Shown one piece after another: positions 56,393 to 64,000 of a DNA stretch of 64,000 nucleotides. The notes beneath the pieces were generated by a model. That model was not told the origin of the DNA, did not search any database, and saw only the letters and a program-made list of their open reading frames with translations. Where the stretch lies: contig DAOUKR010000015.1 of assembly GCA_034421095.1 (NCBI GenBank), positions 17,283-81,282 of the forward strand, read 5' to 3'. The DNA is from Dehalococcoidia bacterium (lineage in GTDB: Bacteria > Chloroflexota > Dehalococcoidia > Lucifugimonadales > JAGWBF01). The position numbers and the translations under genes are program-made. How positions within the stretch are numbered: the first letter of the stretch is position 1; every line of letters begins with the position of its first letter.

Positions 56393-56433
56393 ATTGTTCC
56401 TCTCTCCATTCTAGGAAAACTCTGACATCTACA

Positions 56434-56487
56434 ATTCCGGTCGTGCCTCCGGTAGATTCGCCGTGGCGAACCTTGAGCCGGAATCCA
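56434..56487. repeat. 54-nt hairpin repeat, copy 2
   Basis: ATTCCGGTCGTGCCTCCGGTAGATTCGCCGTGGCGAACCTTGAGCCGGAATCCA. Two substitutions relative to copy 1. Confidence 0.8.
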
Positions 56488-56524
56488 TACCTCCAAATTC
56501 CGGCCGGTTGCAGCACCGCTAATT

Positions 56525-59500
56525 TTACCACAAGCCATGGTAAATCTGTACGCCCCCGTTTTCGTATGCGACCCTCGCCAGCCCCTCCTCGACCATCTCG
56601 TCGAACTTCCCAAGTCCCCGCTGGGGATAGTAGGCACGCTCCAGCTGCCCCACCACCACGTATTCCACCTCGTACTGCCTCAGCAACTCCAGTGCCCGAC
56701 CCACGTCCGACGTGGAATATATCTCCTCAACGTCGGAGATTCGGTCCCTCACGGCATAGTCGTACCTCATGCGCTGCTGAATCTGGTGCCAGGGCCAGCC
56801 CAGGACGGTGGGGAGGCCGGTGTAGTTCGCTATCCGGGAACTCCAGTGATACTGCTCATTATGCGCCTCCAGCACCACCGGCGAGCCTCTGACGTGGTCC
56901 TGAAGCCACATTATTGCATCGTAGTCCCACCGAAGCTCTATGGGTTGGTCATCATCCCAGTGCACCGCCCTTGTCATGTAGTCGGCCCCGTCCAGGGTCA
57001 CGGTTTGGGTATCGAACCTGTTGGAGAGGCGCGCCCTGGTTCCCAGTATGGGGTAGATAAAGCTTGATGCAAGGAGTAGGGCCAGCATAGTCAGCCACGC
57101 CCCCCTGTAGATGGACATTCCCCTCAACCTGAAGATGCCCCTTGAAGCCAGATACCACAGGATGCAGGCTGAAGCGATGGCGAAAAGTATCCACACCTCC
57201 AGGTAATACTTGAACAGGGTGTTCATCCTGCCAATGTCGTCCTTTGCCCTCACGAAATCCACCCCTATGGCAACGAGAAGGGCCATGCCAATCAGAATCA
57301 GGGGGAAGATGGCGTATGGTGTGCCCTCATTCCTGTCGCAAAGGACTTTCCCCGCCACCCAGACTGTGAGGCCCAGTAGGAGGCAGAGCAGGGCCGCAGT
57401 CCAGTATCCCGCCACGGCCAGGTATATGACCACCAACCCACCGAGGACCAACGCCGCTACAGTCCATGCCGACAGCCTCATTCCGCCCATCATAGCTGCA
57501 GGAGAGCGCCGGACCAGGGACGCAAACATACCCTTGATGTGTGCCCATGACAGGAACAGGAGGAAGGTGACTATCAGAAATAGGTACAGTCCGTGTATGC
57601 CCAGGAAGTGGTGCAACGGTGTCTGCCACTTGTTGACATCAAGACCTGTGGGGAAGGGATGGTAGCTCAGGTGGAAGGGAAGGAAGGCGAGTATACTCAG
57701 CACCACCACGCCCACCGCCAGGGCCAGAAAGAGGGCCAATCTCTTCATCGGGTCCCCTCGTACCAGGTAGACCCCGGCCCCCATGAACAGGACGGTCAGT
57801 ATCACGTAGGTGGGGTAGTCCCAGCTGTTTATGGCCCAGAGGGAGCCAACAGTCACCGCCAGGGCCACCGCAGTCGAGACTAGCCACCATACACCGACAG
57901 ACCTCAGTCCCACCATCAGGCTGACGGAAAGCCCAAGGGCCAGCAGGGTGAAGGGTATGACTACCAGGTGGGCGTGCAGGTCGGCAAACAGAAAGGTGAA
58001 GAACGGGAACTCGGTGATATGGTGCCCCAATTCCGGACCCGAGAAGACCTTGTCGGGCAGCCAGAAGGTGAGAGCGGAGGGGGTCACGTCGTTCATTACG
58101 GGCAGCATACGGCTGCTGCGCCAGAAGTCGAAGGCCGGGAAGGTTTCGCCCCTGACGGCACTCTTCCAACCTCCCTCCACAAGCTGCACGATTCCATCCA
58201 GGTTCCCGATTACCGCCACCAGTAGCGCCGCCATAAGCCCGGCTATGACAGGTCCCCATGGTCCTGTCGTTCCCCTTGCGTCAGACGCGGGGCGTTGTTC
58301 ACTTGTGCGCCGTGGCGTAAAGGTTTCCTCGTGTGGGAGACCTGGTGTGGGGGATACGTCGCCCTCATCCCCGCCTTCCCCCTTGACGGGGGAATGTGCC
58401 TCTCCCGCGCCCGGTCTCAGGCGGCCCATTCCTGCCGTGACGTTGTATACCAGGGAGTAAGCCCCCGTAGCCGTCAGGGCGAACATGAGAGGGATTGCAA
58501 GGTTGTAGGCCACCGACGGCAGGATGCCCGTCCCTTTAATCAGGGTCGCAACGATGAATTGGCCCCAGTAGTAGTAGTTCAAGTACCCTCCGGCAAACCA
58601 GGGGTCGAAGGGCGGCATGTAGGTCGAGCGGAGGACGGCGTTCAGGTAGGCAAAGTCCATCGGCTTTTCCCCGCCCAGGTAGGGGTGCCAGAGGTCCGGG
58701 TTTGCCATTCGTACCGCAACGAACGAGAGAAAGGCGGCCAGGAAGAGGACTTCCCCTATGACAAGGAGTCGCCAGTTTCCGGCGATGAATTCCCTGAACT
58801 CCCTCCATCGGGCCGCCAGCACCAGGGCCGATAGAAAGGCAATCGTCAGTATGCCCACAAGAACCGAGAGCCGGGAGAAGCTCATCCATTCCAGGCTCGC
58901 CAGAAGCCAGGCAACGTAGCTAACGCCCAGTATCCCCAGAAGCCTTGCCAGGACTATCCCCCGGTCCGGCAGGGGCCGGAACAGGAAGATAGCCAGGGGC
59001 AGCGCCGCCAGATAGATTAGCTCAACCAGCAGGAGCCACGCCAGGATGGGAACATCGTTGGTCCAGCTATCCCGCTTTATGATGTCCGACCAGGTGCCTC
59101 CCTCACGCTGTACAGCCTTCTGCTCAGGACTCAACATCAGGCCCACCGGAGGGGTCTCCGGCGTACCCCTTGTCAGCATGGCGTAGAGCCGGGACTTGGA
59201 TAGGTCGTCCTCGTTTCTGAAGAGGAGCACCTTGGGGTGGTCGTAGTTTATAACGTTTTCGTCGGCGTACCCCAGGTTCAGGGACACCGGCGCAGGACTG
59301 AGTCCCTTTAGAGACTCTGGTTCGGGGACCTGTGCACGAGTAAAGGTGTCGTCTACGAAGGCAACTCCCAGCAACTCCGGGTAGGAGGTGAAAGCCCTCT
59401 CCATCCTGTACCCCAACTCCCCGGAGAAGAGCAGATTGTAGTATCGAGAGCTTAGAGGATAACGCTCAGGAAGACGGGCCACGCTCCCATAGGTGCGGTT

Positions 59501-61141
59501 GCTGTAGAATATCAGGTAATCCCCACCGGACAGGTGGTCGGCGATGGTATCCATCTTCCCGTAGGTATCACCCTCGTAGATGGGTATCTGCCGCACCTGG
59601 TAGTTGTAGATATTGGGTATCCCTTCGTCCCAGTGGTTGTCGGTGACTATAACGGAGTTCCTGGGCACGTTCTCGTTTATCCAGTCCGACGCCTGTATCG
59701 CCGGATGGGAACGGGCATACACTCCCTCGAAGGCAAGGGCGTAGAAGGCGGTGGCTACCACCACGAAGGCCATTACCCCGATAACCGCACGAGGGGCATA
59801 TCGGGCTAAAGACTCCCTCGTTCTTACCCCCGGCACAAGAGCGGTCCTCAGCTTGCCGAAAGGGCGGAGTGCCGGATATGAGATGACCCGACCGAATTGG
59901 GGCGACCTAGTCCAGTCCAGCATCCCAAAGAGCATCCCCGCCCCCATGAGTATCAAGAATGGTATGAGTGGGAGGATATAACGCAGGAACTTGACCTCGA
60001 AGATACCCAGCATAAGGAAATTGGGAATCACCCATGCAAGGAAAAGCATCTGCCCCCTGGGAGGGGCGGCTTTCCTGGCTATCTTGAACACGGCCAGGGC
60101 TGTGGTAAATAGCAACCCGCCCCAGGCTACGACGCCAAGGGGTAGGCCCAGTCCCCATATTGAGGTCTGCTGAAGCTCGTACAGGAACGGAGTAGACCCA
60201 ACGTACTGGACGGTGAAGGGGACCTTTCCCGCCGTCCTTGCGACGTTAGTCGCCTCCCACATGAGGTCTCCCACAAATTCGCGAACGTCCAGGAGGGCGT
60301 AGGGGGTGGTAACGAAGAAAACAGCCGCCGCCATAGCCCCCGCCGCCAGGGCATGGACTCCCACTCTGTAGACGTGCTCCCGGGACGGCATGACCCACGC
60401 CCCCCCGGCAGTAGCGAACAGGCTGAACCCGTAGACCGCCAGCAAGGGCAACACCAGGGGCAATACGCTTACCTTGGCAGCGATGGTCAGACCAACGCAG
60501 GCCCCCAGTAGCAACGAGTCCCTTAGCCTGCGCCGCTCCATCACCTGGAGCATGGCCCAGAAGGATGCCATCAAGAACAAGACCAGGAGCGGCTCAGGCC
60601 TGTAGAAGTGGCTGTTCTGGATATGGACTACCGCCAGGGCCACAAGGGCCGCGGCCAGTAGTCCGACCCTCCGGTCGTATATGCGCTTGCCCAGCAGATA
60701 TACGATGAACACCGTTCCCGCGTCGGCCAGGGCCATGATGCTCCTGCCCAGATAGCCCATGCTCTGAAGGGTGTTCAGGTCCGTGAAGGGTTCAAGCACG
60801 AACCGGAGGGCGACCAGAAGGTAGATAAGTACGCTTCCCAGAGAGAACCAGTGGGGGTTGAGGGGACTCTTATCGGCGTCGAAGAAGGTGCCGAGACTAG
60901 GGAGGCCCGGCTCCATCTCCGGATGTTCTCTGGTGCAGTCGGTGTAGCCTGGTGCCTCGGTGAGTACTCGGTACATGCAGTCGGCCCGCATGTAGAAGGA
61001 CCGCTCATCAGGATGGAAGCCATAGCCCTGGTCCCAACCTATTCCGTAAAAGCGCAGACCCAGGGCTATTACAAGGATGAGGGGCAATAGCAACCCGGGC
61101 GATAGTGTCCTGAAGCGAGCGCTGAGACCAGGCCAGTCCAT
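56525..61141 (-). CDS. 1538-aa polytopic membrane protein: N-terminal GT39/ArnT-like glycosyltransferase fused to a YYY-domain (DUF2298 / Chlor_Arch_YYY-like) region
   Basis: N-terminus 'LRFYGIGWDQGYGFHPDERSFYM' with many TM helices. Central 'GGYLNYYYWGQF'. C-terminal soluble domain. Confidence 0.75.
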   Translation of the reverse strand: MDWPGLSARFRTLSPGLLLPLILVIALGLRFYGIGWDQGYGFHPDERSFYMRADCMYRVLTEAPGYTDCTREHPEMEPGLPSLGTFFDADKSPLNPHWFSLGSVLIYLLVALRFVLEPFTDLNTLQSMGYLGRSIMALADAGTVFIVYLLGKRIYDRRVGLLAAALVALAVVHIQNSHFYRPEPLLVLFLMASFWAMLQVMERRRLRDSLLLGACVGLTIAAKVSVLPLVLPLLAVYGFSLFATAGGAWVMPSREHVYRVGVHALAAGAMAAAVFFVTTPYALLDVREFVGDLMWEATNVARTAGKVPFTVQYVGSTPFLYELQQTSIWGLGLPLGVVAWGGLLFTTALAVFKIARKAAPPRGQMLFLAWVIPNFLMLGIFEVKFLRYILPLIPFLILMGAGMLFGMLDWTRSPQFGRVISYPALRPFGKLRTALVPGVRTRESLARYAPRAVIGVMAFVVVATAFYALAFEGVYARSHPAIQASDWINENVPRNSVIVTDNHWDEGIPNIYNYQVRQIPIYEGDTYGKMDTIADHLSGGDYLIFYSNRTYGSVARLPERYPLSSRYYNLLFSGELGYRMERAFTSYPELLGVAFVDDTFTRAQVPEPESLKGLSPAPVSLNLGYADENVINYDHPKVLLFRNEDDLSKSRLYAMLTRGTPETPPVGLMLSPEQKAVQREGGTWSDIIKRDSWTNDVPILAWLLLVELIYLAALPLAIFLFRPLPDRGIVLARLLGILGVSYVAWLLASLEWMSFSRLSVLVGILTIAFLSALVLAARWREFREFIAGNWRLLVIGEVLFLAAFLSFVAVRMANPDLWHPYLGGEKPMDFAYLNAVLRSTYMPPFDPWFAGGYLNYYYWGQFIVATLIKGTGILPSVAYNLAIPLMFALTATGAYSLVYNVTAGMGRLRPGAGEAHSPVKGEGGDEGDVSPTPGLPHEETFTPRRTSEQRPASDARGTTGPWGPVIAGLMAALLVAVIGNLDGIVQLVEGGWKSAVRGETFPAFDFWRSSRMLPVMNDVTPSALTFWLPDKVFSGPELGHHITEFPFFTFLFADLHAHLVVIPFTLLALGLSVSLMVGLRSVGVWWLVSTAVALAVTVGSLWAINSWDYPTYVILTVLFMGAGVYLVRGDPMKRLALFLALAVGVVVLSILAFLPFHLSYHPFPTGLDVNKWQTPLHHFLGIHGLYLFLIVTFLLFLSWAHIKGMFASLVRRSPAAMMGGMRLSAWTVAALVLGGLVVIYLAVAGYWTAALLCLLLGLTVWVAGKVLCDRNEGTPYAIFPLILIGMALLVAIGVDFVRAKDDIGRMNTLFKYYLEVWILFAIASACILWYLASRGIFRLRGMSIYRGAWLTMLALLLASSFIYPILGTRARLSNRFDTQTVTLDGADYMTRAVHWDDDQPIELRWDYDAIMWLQDHVRGSPVVLEAHNEQYHWSSRIANYTGLPTVLGWPWHQIQQRMRYDYAVRDRISDVEEIYSTSDVGRALELLRQYEVEYVVVGQLERAYYPQRGLGKFDEMVEEGLARVAYENGGVQIYHGLW

Positions 61142-61313
61142 TCATACCTCGGCAAGGTGTAACCGTGTATGAATCTATTCTAACAACCCCATATCGCGAT
61201 GGTAAACTAAAAAGGGCCTGATAAACAATGAGAGGTATGGGACATGGGCCGCAAGGGGTACTTTGGGTAACTCGTTCCCCTACATGTCATTTCTGTATGT
61301 GTTAGCTAATTCG

Positions 61314-61343
61314 TTGACAGAGCATATCAGATTTTGATATGCT
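61314..61343 (+). promoter_or_regulatory. Promoter candidate overlapped by a perfect palindromic operator
   Basis: TTGACA - 18 nt - TATGCT with an extended TG. AGCATATCA-gattt-TGATATGCT at 61321-61343. Confidence 0.4.
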
Positions 61344-61406
61344 CCGGGACGTTCCAAGTGACCCAGGTTAGGGGCCGATTCTATGGCAGTAGTTAGGGTA
61401 ATTCGA

Positions 61407-63384
61407 ATGAAAGCCCTGATCCTGTTGACTCTGGTCTTGGCTCTCCTGCTGTCCGTGGCCTGCGCCAGAGAGCGTACTACCCCTGTTCCCACTGCAATAC
61501 CGACGGTCGCGCCTGCTGCCACTCCGGACCTGGAAGCGACGGTGAAAGCACTCGTATCCGCCGCGCTGCCCACAGAAACGCCCTCCGCTACGCCTGACAT
61601 CGAGGCCACGGTCGAGGCCCGCGTAGCTGCCACGCTCGCCGCCATGCCCACACCGACTCCCGTACCAACGGCAACCCCGACTCCGACTCTCATTCCAACA
61701 GCTACCCCCACGCCAACACCTTTGCCAATGGTAACCCCGACACCGACGCCCAAGCCCGCGCCTACGCCTACCCCAACGCCGCCACCTTTGCCAACAGCTA
61801 CCCCGAGGCTGACGCCGGGGACTGTCATGCTTCCGGGAAAGCAAGGCGGCGTTATGACTTCTATGGTTCCCTACACACCCAGTCACTTTAACCCCAACCG
61901 TGGTGGGTGGCTGCCCGCAGCATGGATTTCCCCCATGTACAACGAGTTGGTCCACTACAACCCCGAAACTGCCGACCCCCTCGACATAAGGGGTGACATC
62001 GCTGATAGCTGGGAAGTATCCAACGGCGGGAAGACTTTCACTTTCTTCCTCAACGAGAACGCTGCCTGGCACGACGGCACACCCGTCACCTCTGCAGATA
62101 TAGTGTTCACCTTTGAGGATATAGTGAACCTGGAGAAGAACCGACCCTGGAGAGGCGGCGTGATAAGGCCCTACTTTGAGAGCGCCACAGCCATAGACGA
62201 GCACACTGTACAGGTGGACCTGAAGTACGCAGCGGCAGCCTTCTTCCCCTATCTCGCCATAGACTACATGCAGATGCTACCCAAGCACCAGTTCGACAAG
62301 GGCCTTGACATGGACCTGCTTGAGAATCGGATGGGTTCCGGCCCCTTCATGTTGACGGACTATGAACCGGACATCCATCTTGAATACGAACGGAACCCCA
62401 ATTACTGGAAGCCAGGACTTCCATACCTGGACGGCCTGAAGATGTTCATCCTGTCATCCCCTGCCAGCGTTATGGCTGCACACAGGACGGGCCAGGTCCT
62501 CATGTCCCACACCATGGTCACCTGGATGACCAACTCCGAAGCCCTGCAGCTTGACGAGCAGATGAGAGGGAGCCGTATTCTGGGCAGGCCCGGCCGGCCA
62601 CACCAACCTGTTCCCGAATACACAGAGGGAGCCTTTCACCGACAAGAGGGTGAGGCAGGCCATACACCTGGACATACACCGCCAGCCCATGATAGAAATA
62701 GTGACCCGTGGACAGGCTACCCTGGGTTGGCCCTTCGCACCCAACTACTGGTTCTCCCCCACCAATGAAGAGGTGGCCCAGTTGCCCGGCTACAGGCAAA
62801 CCGCCGACGGGGAGAAACATCCTGACGATATAGCCGAAGCCCAGAGGCTGATGGCTGAGGCCGGATACCCCGACGGTTTCGAGACCGCCATGCTGGTCCC
62901 GGCGGGAGGGCTGGGTGAGAATGAATTCGCCCAGGTGGCGGCGGACCAGCTCAGGAGGTACTTAAACATAGAAATAGACCTCGACCTGCAGGAGCGGGCC
63001 GTGTTCGTTCCTCACCGAGACAGCAGGGACTTTGAGTTTTACGCTGGCAGCCAGGGCATTCTGATTATTGACCCCGAGGATATGTACAGCCGGATGTATC
63101 TGGAGTACGCCTTCAGCAACTACGGCCAGTGGGTCCCAACCCCCAGGTTCCTGGAGCTATTTGATGAGCAGTCCAGGGAGCAAGACTGGTACAGGCGGAG
63201 GGAGTTGACCTTTGAGGCCGCCGACATCTTCTTTGACGAGCTCCCCAACATACCCCTCTACTACGTCATGAGACCCATGTTCATATCGAGCTCTGTCCAG
63301 AACTTCAACATATCCCCCACGGCCTACAGCCAAAACTACAAGATGGAGCATATCTGGTGCGACCCGGAGTGCAGCGCCGGATAG
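61407..63384 (+). pseudogene. Family-5 (peptide/nickel type) ABC substrate-binding lipoprotein interrupted by a +1 frameshift near 62566-62575
   Basis: Lipobox 'LLLSVAC' and a long Pro/Thr linker. The SBP_bac_5-like body continues in another frame as 'AVFWAGPAGHTNLFPNTQREPFTDKRVRQAIHLDI...'. The two ORF-track entries (61383..62768, 62650..63384) are the two halves. Confidence 0.7.
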
Positions 63385-63419
63385 TCCACAGGATAGAAAG
63401 GACGATATGCCCCGCTTTC

Positions 63420-64000
63420 CTACAGGCCCTTGTCCACCATGAAGCTGCACAGGTCTGCGGTGCGGCAGGAGTAACCCCACTCGTTGTCGTACCACCCCAG
63501 TACCTTCACCATCTCCCCTTCCATGACTATGGTGGAGGGGGCATCTATGATGCAGCTATGGGGATTGCCCTTGAAATCGGTGCTCACCAGAGGCTCGTCA
63601 CAATACTGGAGAATGCCCTTCAGAGACCCATCGGCAGCCTCTTTGAAGGCTGTGTTCACCTCGTCCACCGTAACCTCTCTGGACAGCGTAGCTACGAAGT
63701 CGGTTATTGATACGGTGGCGGTGGGCACGCGGAAGGCTATGCCATGCAGCTTGCCGTTGAGCTCGGGTATCACACGGCCCACCACTCTGGCCGCTCCGGT
63801 GCTGGTGGGAATGATGTTGGTGGCCGCAGCCCTGGCACGCCGCAGGTCCTCATGTACCTGGTCCAGAATCTTCTGGTCGTTGGTGTAGGAATGGACCGTG
63901 GACATCAGCCCATGCTGAAGCCCGAAGGAGTCGTGAAGCACCTTGACCATAGGGGCGAAACAGTTGGTGGTGCAGGAGGCATTGGAGACAATCCTGTGCT
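63420..64000 (-). CDS. gap: Glyceraldehyde-3-phosphate dehydrogenase, C-terminal part (5' end beyond window)
   Basis: Active site '[12 protein letters not shown]' read through to nt 64000. Also 'STGAA' and 'WYDNEWGYS'. Confidence 0.95.
   Translation of the reverse strand, partial: HRIVSNASCTTNCFAPMVKVLHDSFGLQHGLMSTVHSYTNDQKILDQVHEDLRRARAAATNIIPTSTGAARVVGRVIPELNGKLHGIAFRVPTATVSITDFVATLSREVTVDEVNTAFKEAADGSLKGILQYCDEPLVSTDFKGNPHSCIIDAPSTIVMEGEMVKVLGWYDNEWGYSCRTADLCSFMVDKGL

Noticed and set aside
61280-61828. 182-aa Gly/Val-rich ORF (GVGVGV...) on the minus strand
   Set aside because: It is the antisense reading of the Pro/Thr linker (ACNCCN repeats) of the lipoprotein gene. It has no start context and a low-complexity composition.

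Overview
High-GC bacterial chromosomal segment: spot counts of 60-nt lines give about 58% G+C in housekeeping genes. It starts inside dnaA and has a DnaA-box cluster just downstream, a candidate oriC. I can support about 58 protein-coding genes, four tRNAs (Arg-Leu-Val cluster and Ser), one frameshifted gene, a dispersed family of GTCATTCC-type palindromic intergenic repeats, and a few sigma70-like promoters. There are no rRNA genes, CRISPR arrays, transposases or integrases. Main blocks: dnaA/oriC-obg-nadD-pyrE; a hopanoid gene cluster (polyprenyl synthase, hpnH, hpnG, hpnA, shc, yjbQ, squalene/phytoene synthase); a flavin-monooxygenase/PrpD/ADH cluster; a sugar kinase/aldolase module; copA plus a YHS mini-protein; a four-gene ABC system with two >1100-aa FtsX permeases; and a 1538-aa GT39 + YYY-domain membrane protein. 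The YYY protein, the several luciferase-like paralogs and the Pro/Thr-linker lipoproteins suggest a Chloroflexota-like host, which is inference only. The most unusual items are small accessory islets with lower G+C. (1) PyrE carries an in-frame VapB-like antitoxin tail that is translationally coupled to a PIN toxin. (2) A low-GC three-gene operon sits next to the tRNA cluster: cytoplasmic CHAP/NlpC-P60-like hydrolase, helical protein, beta-rich protein. (3) A 246-aa unknown protein is coupled to a PIN protein next to tRNA-Ser. (4) A DUF5678-like protein is paired with a retropepsin-like protease. (5) A plant-type 13 x 24-aa LRR lipoprotein. All functional calls come from motifs read by eye; no database search was possible.
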